A DNA stretch of 64,000 bases. Origin: Eledone cirrhosa (Eukaryota). The translations under genes were made by a program, and so were the position numbers. Below are positions 12,990 through 27,049 of this stretch, piece by piece (positions within the stretch are counted from its first letter, which is position 1; each line of letters starts with the position of its first letter). The DNA lies in contig OZ024744.1 of the NCBI GenBank assembly GCA_964016885.1, positions 35,774,001-35,838,000 on the forward strand. Reading direction: 5' to 3'. The notes below the pieces were generated by a model. The model did no database searches, was not told the origin of the DNA, and saw only the letters and a program-made list of their open reading frames with translations.

Positions 12990-13245
12990 CAAGTACAAAA
13001 GGGTGTATAATGATGGGTATATCAGTTCATTCCAGTACCCCTGTGTCTGAAAGGTGTGAGATCCATTGAATGCCCAAGATCAATCTTAGGCAGCTCAAGT
13101 GGAAACACCCCAGTAGGTTTAATTGTTCCTTGTAAACTATCTAGGCCTCGAAAGACTAAAGAAGGTTTGTAAGAACACAGGCATTATAAACACCTATCTT
13201 CCTTTTCCTTTTCAGGCCTTTCTGAGACCACTCTACAAATGGCGT
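12990..13245 (-). mobile_element. Degraded RTE-clade LINE fragment
   Basis: Manual translation KIGVYNACVLTNLL*SFEA*IVYKEQLNLLGCFHLSCLRLILGIQW..SDTGVL fits the RTE post-RT motif (VY.A.VL..LLYG.E.W...FH..CLR.IL.I.W). Confidence 0.75.
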
Positions 13246-13425
13246 CAGGTGTGATAGTGGTGGTATTGCTCTTTGTTGGAGGTGGCAATAGTGGTAGACT
13301 GAAAATTATGAAAGCCGAGGAAAACAATGGGATACAAGATTCTTGACATAGAATGCATAATGATGGAATTATTAAATTAAATATAGTTTTGACCTACACC
13401 CCGTCATATTGACGGGTATTAAGCT

Positions 13426-13462
<37 letters not shown>

Positions 13463-13524
13463 CTCCCACACTCACATATATACACATACATATGTACGTA
13501 TGGGTTATATCGAACACTAATAAT

Positions 13525-13710
13525 TGTTTCTACTTTAGGCACAAGGCCAGCAATTACCCAGTGCATTACTGGTACTTTATTTTATCGACCCCGTAAGGAT
13601 GAAAGGCAAAGTCAGCCTCGGCGGGATTTGAACTCAGATCGTAAAGGGACGTAACTATGCTGGAAAGCATGGCGTCCGACCCTCTACCGACACTGCCAAT
13701 CCACCGCCCT
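13525..13710 (-). mobile_element. Full-length tRNA-derived SINE with 17-bp TSD
   Basis: TATCGAACACTAATAAT at 13508-13524 and 13711-13727; B box GAGTTCAAATCC on the minus strand. Confidence 0.92.
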
Positions 13711-13769
13711 TATCGAACACTAATAATAATGTTCGATTCGTTTGTAAACAAACAACTTCAAATCAGGCC

Positions 13770-14319
<550 letters not shown>

Positions 14320-14320
<1 letters not shown>

Positions 14321-15300
14321 TTCATGAAACTTTACAGGCTCATAGATTAGTCAGCGGGGACTGTTTTCTATATATCAGCGAATCGCTTTTTTTTTTATTC
14401 CAGGGTCGTTCTGCAGATAAAAATCGATAGATCACCTTTTTTTTAGGTATCGAAAAATAAGATTTTTGGCTCTAGCTCCCACATTTTGCCACTGATTTCG
14501 TTCAAATTTTAAAGCAAAATAGAATTTATCATTGCACATCCTGTAATCGCTTTATATTTTGTATTTGTTGTTCTGGGACGGCGTGGTAGCCGCTTCAATA
14601 TTCAAAAATACCACTTTTAGACTCAAATTTCCACTTTTTCGGCTCTAGCTCCCACATTAATCAACCTACATTGTTAAAATTTTACACTACGCTGGATCGG
14701 ATTATTTCATGTCTTAAAGTAAGGTTGACAGAGATCTCTCGCAGGCAGCCACTACTGCTCTAAGCAGGCATCTTTGGTACCTGACGGAGGAAGCCATTCG
14801 GCTAGCGCTGTTTTCAAGTCGGGTCCAAGAGTCCGAGAAGAAACAAATAGTCCAACGTATTGTCAAAACGAAAACGTCTGGGCCTCTCGACCGTGGTGCT
14901 CCAGTATTTCCCGAGTTGCAGTCGTCCACGAAGCAGCCTCATCTAGTTGGGAAGAAATCAAGGCTTCTGTTCAATCTCCTTGGTCTCCGATACTTGGCTT
15001 GAGCTGTCACCTGCAACTTGGTCATCACAAGCGTCATATCAAAATGCCTGTACTGTTGTTAACAATATCAAGGTAGTCAACGATCTGGCGGAGAGAGCAG
15101 TCAAGTTGATAACTGATTTTGTTGCCATCACCAAGAATGAGGAGGAGAAGCAGTGTGTTGTTCAAGTAGTCGAAGCTCATCGTCACAAGGTCCCTGATTT
15201 CAAAAAAGAAACTCTGAAAAAATATTGCTGGAGTTAACTTAACTGAACTTGTTTCTTCCTTGTACGCCTTTATATTCAAAGCTGGTTTACTAAATATAAT
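14320..15300 (+). mobile_element. DNA transposon remnant, hAT-like (probably hATm-type) transposase C-terminus
   Basis: RHLWYLTEEAIRLALFS (~14765-14815) and KVVNDLAERAVKLITDF...QVVEAHR (ORF 14947-15237), frameshifted; repeated GGCTCTAGCTCCCACATT at ~14468 and 14641. Family assignment is from memory. Confidence 0.65.
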
Positions 15301-16967
15301 GGATTAATAAAATAAACTATTATTGTATGGTCATATTTGGTTTCACATTTTCATGATTTGATGCAACATAATCACACTTTCCACTATAATCACCATGATA
15401 TAGGCAAGGCTCAACATAATATATTTTATACAAAATATGGTTTATTTTACCAAGTGGGCATTAATAATGGGAAAATACACAGGGAGCGTTAGTATTGTGA
15501 CCTAGCTTTTTATGGCACACTCTAATATAGATATATGTTTTGCAATTGAATATTTATACTCAATGGTATAGCTACACACTTTTTGTGTTTTTTGTCTCTT
15601 TTTTTTCGTTTTTTTATTGTTCTTTCTTTCGATCCGCTTGCAGAATATAAGATTGTTGTTGCTATTCTTATTTTATTTTTATTGTTTTTAAAATACTGTT
15701 ACGTCGTCATCTATAACTGAGTGTATATTCTTTTGTGCCAAATTGTTAGCAACAGAATTCACTAATTCTTCCCCCGCGGACCTTCTTTGATAAGCCACGA
15801 AATAGCTAGAATATGAAAGAAGTTTTTGTAAATCAAAAATTCTTAATAGTTTCCAACAATATTATACTATTCACATACCATCGAAAACGATGTATTCCTC
15901 CTCCACTGTAAAACCTAAAATTCTTGTTATAATTAACATTTAAAATTCAATATATTGAAATATTTTGAGTGGACACAAAACCATCTTTTGTAGGAAAAGG
16001 GATATGACTATTTGGGCTATAAAGACGTATAGGCTTACTTTATGATTTGAACTTGCAATCAAGGTAACCAAGAGGAAAGGCAGTGAGTCACTTAACTTGA
16101 GTGGTAGACGTAATCCGTTACAGGGTTTAACATCATCACTTGATTCTCGGTTGAATTTAACGGAGCGCCATTTGTTGCAAGAATTCAAACCAGGTCTCCG
16201 GTTTGAAGATGTTTTCCACTCCTTGACTATTCCAATACTCATTAAGGCTAGGAAAATACAAACAAGCACCACATTCTTCTTCAAGACTAAACTGTAAAAA
16301 AAGGAAAATAGCACCATATATTTTCCCCAATTTGGTGTCAATGAAAAATTTAAGTCTTTTAGCTCCCACTTTATCAACAATAATATATAATAACTATTAT
16401 CAAAGGTATTTAAGCCATTATCATCCTCGCCGCCAGAAGTTCACAGAATATGTAACAAAAATCTTTGACGATTAAAAAACCATTAGGTTACAAAGCTAAT
16501 CGAAATATGGATTCGTTACCTAACTGATAATAAAACCGAAGTGAAACTCAACTGGCGTGTGTGTGTATGTGTTTATTGGTAGTATAGTCCTCCCCATTAC
16601 ATAAAATACATGGCAAACGGCCATATACCTTCCTCTGCACTCGGTGTTTCCCGAAGTAAGATGATGTCATTGTTGCTTCGTCAGCCAATCGAAATGAAAA
16701 ATGTGTCACTGGCTGTGACGTGTGTGTGTCCGTTCCCGTGGATATATCTATCTATCTATCTATCTTGATAGAGTAAGACACGCTTCACATCGGCTCCGCT
16801 ATTCCATCGGGATTTACCCTTACTATTGTAAGTACCGGATAAATTTTTTAGTGCAACACATTTGGAACACTAACCCCTGTTATTTAGGGAAACATTTTTG
16901 CATTTACCCCCTTTTTAGGGGGTAAAATAAATATCTATTTTTGCCGAAAAATTTCTTTCTTGGCAGC

Positions 16968-18795
16968 ATGGCGGAAAAGATGGCAGACATGTCTGCCATT
17001 AGCTCTGCCACGCCCCCCAAGTCTGAAGAACAAAAAATAATTACAACAAAATTAGACAACGAAACAAACAAAGAAAATGAAAAAAACAAATGTTAAGGAA
17101 AATGAGCAAACGGAAAACAAACAAACAGAAAATAATACAAATAACAACAGGGCAACTTTTGCCCAGAAAACAAAACAATCCATTACATACACACCAATTG
17201 ACCTAACTGCCGCCAGAGAAAAACTGGCCGAAGCAAAGAAACACATTGTTTTGGGGGAGAACGGAATGTTTTCCATTAACCCCCCCCCAGAATTCAAGAA
17301 AGCGAGAACAGAGAACACAGTTCTCTTCAGAACAATCCTAAACCAAACAAGAAAGCCAGCACAGCCCAGCCAAATGGAGATAGAGTTGGTCCTAAAAGAC
17401 TATATGAAGAATATTCTCTTCATACGAAAGGACCGACTCTATGGCAGCATTTCGGTCTTAACAAAAGACAAGGAAACGGCGCAGAAGCTTTCCCTAAGCC
17501 CACTCTCATCGACAACATACAGCTTCTATCCCTCCTACATGGGTAGAAGAATACAGAGAGTAAAAATACAAACAATGCTGCCCACAATGGACTTCTGGTG
17601 GGCTATTGCTGGCTTCATAGACATGGGCGAGGACACAGTGCTGTCAATGGGGAAGGCATCCGGAGATGCGTTCCTGGGAATGGGCCTCGACCTACTAGTC
17701 CAAATGAGGCCCGAAAGAATAGCACAAATCCCGGATCGCATCTGGCTGGATGAGCTCACCCCAATAGATATAATTGTAGAGGGGAGAAGACCAGCATGCT
17801 ATTTATGCATGGAAAGGGGACACATTAAGGCTAACTGCCCGAAACGTATCCCCCAAAAAGGACTATTGCCCACACCCACCACAAACAGTACACCAACACC
17901 ACCCACCTCCAAAAATACACTAATACCACACACAGCAAACAAAATACAAACACCACCAAGCACAATACAAACATCACCACCACCAGCACCAAACACAAGC
18001 ACGACACAAAAATCACCACCACCATCACCAACACAAACACCACCACCACCATTACCAACCACAAGCACGACACAAACAGCACCACCACCACCACAAAACG
18101 CATTCCAAATAAATAAGAAAAAAAACAGCAACAAATCTACCCCTCCCGCAAAAAAAAAACAACCAGACACGACGTCCCTCCCACCTAGCGCTGAAGAGTT
18201 TCCCCCAACTTCTGAAGAAGAAGGAGGAGAAGCCTTCAGACAAGTTAAAAGAAAAAAAAGAAAGCACACACCCAGCACACCACAAATAACCCACACACAA
18301 ACACCAACTCCAATAAAAAACACCCCACCCTCAACAAACAAAAATAAATCTGCGCCTCCCCTCTCCGAAACATTGACAGCATCACAAAAAAAGACGTTGC
18401 AATACACATATATAAATAAAGAAAACAAAAAACTGTTTAAATTAATAAACAATAGCCCTTTGGTGCAGACCGAAGGGCCAAACTTTATCTCAACAGAGAA
18501 CTTCACCCATTTAAAAATGATAAAGGTCCCTCTGGACCTTTATCGTTCCTTAAAAGAACAATTTAGACAGGACGTGAGCCCCCCCTGTTTAAAACCGTTA
18601 AATCGCGTCCTCTTGAAAGATTTCCCCATAACCTCCCCTCTCCCTGACACAACTCCAAACACCCCAACCCCACCACACCCGGGCACCCCCACACCACCAC
18701 AAAACATCCCTCCACCCAACACACCTGACGCCATGGAAATTACACAGCCCGGAGAGGTAGGTGCTTTTCTTTCTTCACTTTCAACACCAAAATAG
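16968..18795 (+). CDS. Tx1 family A ORF1 (gag-like, CCHC knuckle, Pro/Thr-rich tail)
   Basis: ORF 17077-18795 has CYLCMERGHIKANC and is homologous to 58297-59610; the likely true start is ATG 16968, with a frameshift in an A-run before ~17090. Confidence 0.85.
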
Positions 18796-18800
18796 ATCAA

Positions 18801-21800
18801 TTGAGAGTTGGCTGTTTGAACGCGCGTGGCCTGGGCTCAGCTTGGAAGCAAGCAAAGCTACTAAGTGACCTCAGGTCACGAAGTATAGATGTGATGGTTG
18901 TTTGCGAGAGTCGGATCAGCAGCGTGCGACAGCTGGCTCCCGCCTTCGATGACTTTGAGATGCACGCATCTCTCTGTCAACCCGGAGGCGGGGGGGGGGG
19001 AGTTGCCGTACTGCTGGATAAACGTCTGGCTCTCGACGTACAGATTGTTCACTCGGACCCGGGGGGTCGATTACTGGTGCTGGACGTCGGAGGCGGTGAA
19101 GACGGGGCTTTCAGACTGGTCGGTCTTTATGCCCCCTTCGGGGCTGAAAGACCCGACTTCTTCCAGCGTCTGGAGACTTTTCTAGGAACGTCGCGTTCCC
19201 TGCTTTTAGTGGGGGACTGGAATGGAATCCTAGATGCGCGTTGGGACTATGCAGGGGCATGTCCCGATAGAGGGGGGTGTAGCAGCCTCAAGGGGTTACT
19301 CGATCGATTCGACCTAGTCGATAGATTTCGACTAGATTGTCCAACTGCGCCAACCTGGACCTGGGCAAACCGCAGTGGACAATCTAGATCGTACCTAGAT
19401 AGGTTTTTGGTTAGGAGTAAGGATAGGGACGTATTTAGTTGTCCAGAATTGATCATGGTTGGCTATTCAGATCACAAATTAGTGACCTGCGTGGTCAACC
19501 TTGATAGAACGCATAGACAGGGTCCCGGTTACTGGAAGATGAACTTGTCCTTGCCGGCAAAGAAAGATTACAGGAACCGGATTAGTAGCTTAGTTAAGAT
19601 GCGGTTGACGGGAGCGATCGTCAACAGTAGGTGGTGGGTATCTCTAAAGAGAGAGATTAGAGTAAGTTCGATAGGTTACAGTAAGGAACTAGCGGCGAAT
19701 AGAAATAGGAAGGAAAGGGAGTTAACAGATAAACTAGAAGAGGCGATTAGGAGCGGAGACGTAGCCAGAGTGTTAGCGGCGAGAACGGCGTTGAGCCAGT
19801 TCTTTGACGCGAAGCACGAAGGCTGCGTTGTCCGAAGTAAAATACGTGCTTTAGGAAACGAGGGGACCAAAGCTGTTAGCTGGGCCCGCGTGACAGAAGC
19901 CAAGAGTGGGATTAAATCCACCATTCGGTCTTTGCGAGACCAGGATGGACGGGTGATCCTTGAACCTGAGCGGATGTGCGAGGCCTTTCAAAGGCACTTT
20001 GCTCGACTGTTCGGAGAGGGCGGGGGGCCGGACGGGGATGTGGACTTCGGTCCATACCTCGACGGTCTACCGCGTCTTTCGAGCGGCGAAGCGGAGTGCT
20101 GCGAAAGGCCAATCACAGCCACTGGAATCGGGGAAGCGCTCAGCCAATGCAGCAGACGCAAATCTCCGGGTCTCGATGGTCTACCATACGAACTTTATTT
20201 AGCTATGCCGGTCTTGTTCTCCGAACTCCTCGAGGCTGTCTATTGCAACTGGCAACAGAACGGGAGAATTCCCTGTTCTGTGACCAAGGGCGTAGTCACG
20301 CTAGTGAGGAAGGACGAGAGCAAGGGGGACGACTTAAGTAACTTTAGGCCCATAACTCTGCTGAATGCAGAGTTACAGATTTTGGCCAAGGTGTTGGCGA
20401 AGAGGTTGGCGCTTGTGGTGGGTGGTTTGGTGGGAGACGCGCAGACATGCGCTATCCCGTCCAGGTCCATTCACGACAACCTCCACCTCATGCGATACAT
20501 CATAGAGAGGGTTGGCAACGAACCCGGCTTTGGTGGGGCCCTGATCAACTTGGATCAATCTAAGGCGTTCGATAGGGTCGACCATGGTTACCTGGATGCG
20601 GTGCTAGTGGCGGTGGGCTTCGGATCCGTTTTTCAGGGGCTGGATTTCTGCCATGCATAGTGGCAACGTCTGCTCTAGGGTTAAAGTAAACGGCTACCTC
20701 TCGGAGCCGTTTCAAATCACCCGGTCCATCAGGCATGGGTGCCCCCTCTCCTCCCTTCTGTACGTATTGGCTCTCGAGCCACTGCTGCGGAAGTTGGAGT
20801 TGCTGCGGGGCATACCCCTGGAACCGGGATTGCACAAAGCGGTCTCGGCCTATGCCGACAACGTAACAGTAATGGTGGCGGACGCCTCGGAAATCGGGGC
20901 GATCGCCACCCTACTGGAGGAATACGAAAGGCTGACGGGGCCTAGGCTGAACCGGGACAAGTCAGTCGGTTTGCAACTCGGAACGTGGAGGGGCAAACCG
21001 ATGCCGTTAGACGGTGTCGTCGGGCGGTGGACGGAGGGCCCGGTGAAGCTGCTCGGGGTCTGGTTCGGACCGGACCTCCAGGTGGAGAAGAATTGGGGCG
21101 AGGTGACGAGCAGGGTGTTTGCGCTGACCCAGAAGTGGGCCAAGTGCAAACTATCACTGAAAGGTCGGGCGGAGGTGACGAACGTTTACATAGCGTCCGT
21201 CATCTACTACCGCCTGACCGTCGTGCCTTGCCCCAATGAAACGCTCACCATCATGGAGCGCATGCTCTTGCAGTTCCTCTGGAAGAAGCGGCCTCTCATG
21301 GTGAGGAGATCCATCTGCTGCCAGCACCCTTCGAAAGGAGGGCTGGGTATGCCGTGGCTGTTGATGCGCAGGCACGCATTGAGGCTACGGCATCTACAGG
21401 TATTCCTCACCGGTCAGCCGGTGTGGGCCCCGTTTGTGAGGCGAGCCTTCCCACAGCTCGTCTCGCTCACCGAGCTGCAATCCTGGGTGAAGCAAAGACC
21501 GAGAAAACTGGACAACTGGCACACCGAGTGTGCCCAGGCGCTCACGGCTCTCTGGCAAGCGGACTCGACTATCAGTGGAGAATCTACCTCGACATTCTAT
21601 AGAGGGCTGATGGCTAGCAGGGGCGACGACACCCTTGGAGAGTCGCTAGGCATGGAAGAGGACGAACCGGCCAGCCTGTTCGGTAGAACTTTCGGCCCGG
21701 GACCCATGGACAACTTCCAGAGGTCCCTAGCCTGGCAGTGTCACCGGGGGGCTCTGCCCGTTCGAGAAAAGCTCTACAGACACGGGCGCCCGGGCAGGGT

Positions 21801-22233
21801 TCCCGCGAAAAAGATCTGTCCCAGATGCGTGCGCGACGAGGAAACCGTTGCGCACGCACTGGTACACTGCCCGGTCGTTGCCGATCTGTGGGGCTACGTC
21901 GAACGACTGCTGTCGCGTGTGGCGCCGATTCGATTGACCGCCGAGTCTGTGGTGAACATCAAGCCGCCTCCTCCCTTCAGAAATGAAGCAGAGGCGGTCT
22001 TTCTGTGCGTAATAGCCATGATGAAAGAGGTTGTGTGGTGGACGCGCCTGAAAGGTCTGAGGTCGGGTGACTTTCTCTCCGGCCAACACCTGGTTTACTT
22101 CTTCCGATACCACTTCGGAAGAAGGATCAGGATGGAGAGAGAAATGCTTGGCCCCAGACAGTTTTATGAAAGGTGGGTGAAAGAAGCGAGAATGGCTCGT
22201 GTAAATGGGCCTTCTCTCTACATTGTTCTGTAG
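18801..22233 (+). pseudogene. Tx1 family A ORF2 (AP endonuclease, RT, C-terminal zinc finger), disrupted
   Basis: LNARGL, GDWN, SYLDR, SDH, GPGYWKMN, KSPGLDGL, FRPITLLN, LDQSKAFDRVDH, CPRC..ET..H...C; +1 T frameshift near 20630; YADD mutated to YADN. Confidence 0.93.
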
Positions 22234-22464
22234 GTGAAGAAGTGAAGAGGAAAGGGGGAGCGCCTCCTCTCTGGGCTTCCCCCGCGAAAAGGGTTGCACA
22301 CTTTTCGGGGGTATGTGCAATCCCCAACACGCCCCCTCCCTGTTGAAGACTTTTTATTATAATATTATTCTTATTGTTATGCCTTTTTCTTTACTCGCAT
22401 TTATGTAAACTCCCCCCTGTGTATTTGTCCCTTTCTCTTGTGCCCTAGTGGCAAATAAAGAAAT

Positions 22465-22548
<84 letters not shown>

Positions 22549-22549
<1 letters not shown>

Positions 22550-23171
22550 GCGCACGCATTCATACACTGCCCGGGCGTCACTGACCTGTGGGGCTATGTA
22601 GAACGACTATTGTCGCGGGTGGGACCAATCCGGTCGACCACCGAGTCCATTGTCATGATCAAACCGCCACCCTCCTTCAAAAACGAAGGAGAGGCGGTTT
22701 TCCCTTGTGTGATAGCTATGGCGAAAGAGGTTGTATGGCGGACAAGGTTGAAAGGGCTGAGGTCAGACACCTTTCTCTCCGGCCAACACCTGATTCTTTT
22801 TTTCAGATACCAATTTGGAAGAAGAATCAGGATGGAGAGAGAGGTGCTGTACCCCAGCAAGTTTTATGACAGGTGGGTGAAAGTGGCGAGAATGGCCCGA
22901 GTGAATGGGCCTTCTCTTTATATCAGCCTGTAGGTTGAAGAAAAGGAGGAAGAGAGGAAAGGAGTCCAAACTCTTCGTACTCCTGGAGATGAGGGTTGCA
23001 CATTTTTTCGGGGGTATGTGTTACCCATATGAACTGTCTCCCCCTATTGGGAAAAATCGACAAATTTTTTAAATTGCATTTGTGATAACATTTTACACGT
23101 TTTTATTGTATGTAAACTTCCCCCTTTGTATTTGTCCCCTTCTTTTGTGCCCTGTGGCTAATAAAGAAACA
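22549..23171 (+). mobile_element. 5'-truncated Tx1 family A copy, (ATCT)n on both sides
   Basis: Encodes the last ~127 aa of ORF2; diverged 3' UTR; AATAAA then (ATCT)n. Confidence 0.92.
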
Positions 23172-23226
<55 letters not shown>

Positions 23227-23227
<1 letters not shown>

Positions 23228-25004
23228 GCGCGGTCCATCCGACAAGGGTGCCCTCTCTCCTCCCTTCTGTATGTGTTGACTCTCGAGCCACTACTGCGGA
23301 AGTTGGAGTTGTTGCAGGGCATCCCTTTGGAACCGGGATTGCGGAAAGCGGTGTCGGCCTACGCCGATGACGTGACAGTAATGGTGTCGACGGCCTCCGA
23401 AATCGAGGCGGTCGGCACCTTACTGGAGGAGTACGAAAAGTTCACAGGGGCTAAGCTGAACCGGGACAAGTCGATCGGTTTGCAACTCGGCACGTGGAGG
23501 GGCAGACCGATGCCCTCCGATAGCGTCGTCGGACGCTGGACGGAGGGCCCGGTGAAGTTGCTCGGGGTCTGGTTCGGACCGGACCTCCAGGTGGAGAAAA
23601 ACTGGGCGGAGGTTACGAACAGGGTGTTTGCACTGACCCAGAAGTGGGCCAGTTGCAAACTATCCCTGAAAGGTCGGGCGGAGGTGGCGAACACCTACAT
23701 AGCGTCCGTCATCTACTACCGCCTGACCGTAGTGCCCTGCCCAAGGGAAACCCTCACCAAGATGGAGCGCGCGCTCTTCCAATTCCTTTGGAAGAGGCGG
23801 GCTCCTATGGTGAGGAGATCCATCTGCTGTCAACACCCTTCGAAAGGAGGGCTGGGGATGCCGTGGCTAATGATGCGTAAACACGCATTAAGGCTACGGC
23901 ACCTCTACTTATTCCTCACCGGACAACCGGTGTGGGCCTCGTTTGTGAGACGAACCTTTCCCAGACTCGTCTCACTCACCGAGCTGCAATCCTGGGTCAA
24001 GCAAAGACCGAGAAAACTGGGCGCCTGGCACACTGAGTGTGCCCAGGCGCTCACCGCCCTCTGGCAGGCGGATCCGGTTATCAGTGGAGACTCCACCGCA
24101 ACATTCTATAGAGGGCTGGTACGCAGCAGGTGCGACGACGCCCTCGGAGAAGCCCTAGACATGGAGGAGGACGAACTGGCCAGCCTGTTCGGTAGGACAT
24201 TCAGCCCGGGACCTATGGACAACTTCCAGAAGTCCCTGGCCTGGCAGTGCTACCGAGGGGCTTTACCCGTTCGAGAAAGGCTCTACAGACACGGGCGCCC
24301 GGGTAGGGACCCCGCCAAAAAGATCTGTCCCAGATGCGTGTGCGACGAGGAAACCGTTGCACACGCATTAGTACACTGCTCGGGCGTAGCCGATCTGTGG
24401 GACTATGTCGAACAACTGCTGTCAAGGGTGGGACCGATCCGGTTGACCACCGAGTCTATTGTAATGATCAAGCCGCCTCCCCCCTTCAAAGATGAAGCAG
24501 AGGCGGTGTTCCTGTGCGTAATAGCCATGGCGAAAGAGGTTGTATGGTGGACGCGTCTGAAAGGACTGAGGTCGGGCACCTTTCTCTCTGGCCAACAACT
24601 GGTCCGTTTCTTCCGATATCATTTCGGAAGAAGGATCAGGATGGAGAGAGAGGTGCTGCACCCCAGCCGTTTCTATGAAAGATGGGTGAAAGTGGCGAGA
24701 ATGGCCCGTGTGAATGGGCCTTCACTCTACATCAGACTATAGGTGAGGAAGATGAAAGACCAAGGGAGCACCCCTTCTCTGTGCTCCCGAGGAGAAGTGT
24801 TGCACACTTTTTTCGGGGGTGTGTGCGACCCCCCAAGGCGCCTCCTCTCTATTGAGGATTTTGTTAAAAATTTTATTTTTTGTTATATCTTATTTTATTT
24901 TTATATTTTGTTATTGCCTCCTCCTTATTGAGGACGCCTTTTTGTGTAAACTCCCCCCTTTGTACTTGTCCCACTTTTGATGCCCTAGTGGCAAATAAAA
25001 GAAA
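23227..25004 (+). mobile_element. 5'-truncated Tx1 family A copy (RT domain 4 to end), (ATCT)n on both sides
   Basis: ORF 23273-24742 with intact SAYADD and zinc finger. Confidence 0.93.
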
Positions 25005-25029
25005 TATATCTATCTATCTATCTATATAT

Positions 25030-25322
25030 ATATTGTTATACTTGGGAAGGGTCATATTTGTGTAATAATATTGCCAGAATTAATAACAGAACACACTCAC
25101 TGTTTGGGTGGTTTTCGCTTCTGTGTCTTTTATATCGGTTAATTTAATTTATTCGGTCCTCAATATTTACCATTGACTGACCAACGGTAAAAAATACAGA
25201 TATAATATAGACACAAACAGATATATATAGTCTAACAAAGTTCTTTCGTTGCACATCTGCAACATCGTCAGTGGTGTTATTATGTTTCCTCCTGTTGCCT
25301 ACGCCATCTTTATTTAGTCTGT

Positions 25323-25353
<31 letters not shown>

Positions 25354-25626
25354 TTTTTGTCTCCTTCTCTGCGCATGCGTTTGCGTGTGTGTATAGTGTT
25401 TAGGTGACTGTGTATTGGTTATTGTATTCTATATTAGTTTACTAGTGTGTGTTTATATGTGTTTGTTGTTCTTGTGCTTGTGTATGTATTTATTTATTTT
25501 TAATTTTTTAATTTTTTAATTTATATTTTAATTTTTTATTTATTTATACTTCTCTTAGGTCAGTATTGTTTGTTTGGGGCTTGTTGTTATTCTATTCATT
25601 TTTTCTGTTTAGCCTTGGCCTTCTAA
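25030..25626 (-). mobile_element. Solo diverged pLTR of the 67-3009 PLE family (HHR-like motif 25233-25279)
   Basis: Collinear with 67-675; short TA runs at both ends. Confidence 0.9.
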
Positions 25627-25727
25627 GATATATATATATATCTGATACGATGTGGTAAAAAACCAGGTGGATCATAACCCACCAGAGTACTAAATAGTTG
25701 GGGTAGTAGAGTGGTATATATATATAA

Positions 25728-25841
25728 GATTCAGGACCCCCGACGACTGAACTCCGGCCGTTTCGACAGCTAGATCCGAACTAGCAGTGTTCGGATCTAG
25801 CTGTCGAAACGGCCGGACCTCAGCCATCGGGGTCCTGAATC
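25728..25841. repeat. GC-rich ~114 bp imperfect palindrome between TA runs
   Basis: GATTCAGGACCCCGA...TCCGGCCGTTTCGACAGCTAGATCCGAAC / GTTCGGATCTAGCTGTCGAAACGGCCGGA...TCGGGGTCCTGAATC. Confidence 0.9.
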
Positions 25842-26763
25842 ACATATATATATATATATATATACACGATATATTAACAAATGGAAACTATATTTATAAA
25901 ACCATATTTATTTCATTATACATATTTCAAGGACACCAAGTCAAATTATGGTGCGCTTTCATCAGATAAAATATAATATAGATCAGTTTTATAAATAAAT
26001 ATTGACATACCCTTAAAGAATGCAACCATTTCTGTTGGAAGCTCCCGGATAGTTAAATGTAACTTCTACATATATATGCGTGTGTGTATGTGTCTGTGAA
26101 TGTGTATGTTTATGTCCGTACTTCTATATAGATACGTGCATGTGCGCATGTGCACTGATGTTGCGAGTGTGTGTGAGTGTAAGTATGTGTATATACATGT
26201 TTCCAAAAAGGATATTTTTTCAAAAGGGATTTCACTGGAAATATCACCGCCAGCAACACACTTTCTTTTTTGGCTGACGAATGAAGCAGCAATAACATTA
26301 GCTGGCTATCGGGAAACTCTAGGAAGGTATGACAAGTGTTTTATATAATATAACATATTTACTTCTATAACTACACATTGAGATATCTTTCTTTAGTGAT
26401 TGCAGACCCGCACCCAGGTTCCAATGTACACATTGTGTGTGCGTGTGTTTGTGTGAGTATGAAAACACTTTTTCTATATTTACACTGTATCTGCTGACAA
26501 AGGACTAAAGTCCGATACTTTGAACTCTTTTTTAGCTCTTTCATACATAAGTAGACCAAATTGCAGGCCAGCAAAGTGGGTGACGAGGTTGTTGTGACTG
26601 TTCATCTTATGTAACTGTGTGCATTTTCTGTTGATACTCTAAATGTACATACATACATACACACACGCACATACACACAGAATGGACCTGTTATTTTTAT
26701 CTAAAGACATTTTTTCCAATTCGAACCCGCCCGTCCCCTCAATCTATCTTATTTCTCATTCTT

Positions 26764-26799
26764 TCTTCTGATGAAGGAGTAGCGTCCGAAACGTTAAGA
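26764..26799 (+). ncRNA. Minimal type I hammerhead ribozyme in a short dispersed repeat (~26690-26885)
   Basis: TCTT-CTGATGA-a-GGA gtagcg TCC-GAAA-CG-TT-AAGA; second copy at 50361-50396 (-). Confidence 0.9.
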
Positions 26800-26892
26800 C
26801 CCTCTTCCTGCTATGTCAAGCGTTAACCTAATATATTCCTTCCATATACTGTACCGATTGTGTTGTTATTTCTGTTTACTTTTGACATACAT

Positions 26893-26936
<44 letters not shown>

Positions 26937-26937
<1 letters not shown>

Positions 26938-26993
26938 AATGTAAGTATGTGTGTATACGTACATACACATATGTATACAGACGTACAGTAGCA

Positions 26994-27049
<56 letters not shown>

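Larger units (their letters stand above)
16766..22464 (+). mobile_element. Full-length Tx1/L1-clade non-LTR retrotransposon, family A, in (ATCT)n
   Basis: ORF1 + APE-RT-ZnF ORF2; AATAAA at 22454; (TATC)n on both sides (16745-16765; 22466-22549). Confidence 0.93.

Noticed and set aside
15420-16740. piggyBac-like remnant
   Set aside because: Only vague peptide resemblance (RLNLTERH); no TTAA/TIR pair or catalytic motif found.
17535-24661. Antisense and alternative-frame ORFs over the Tx1 elements
   Set aside because: Shadow ORFs of GC-rich or low-complexity coding sequence, with no motifs.
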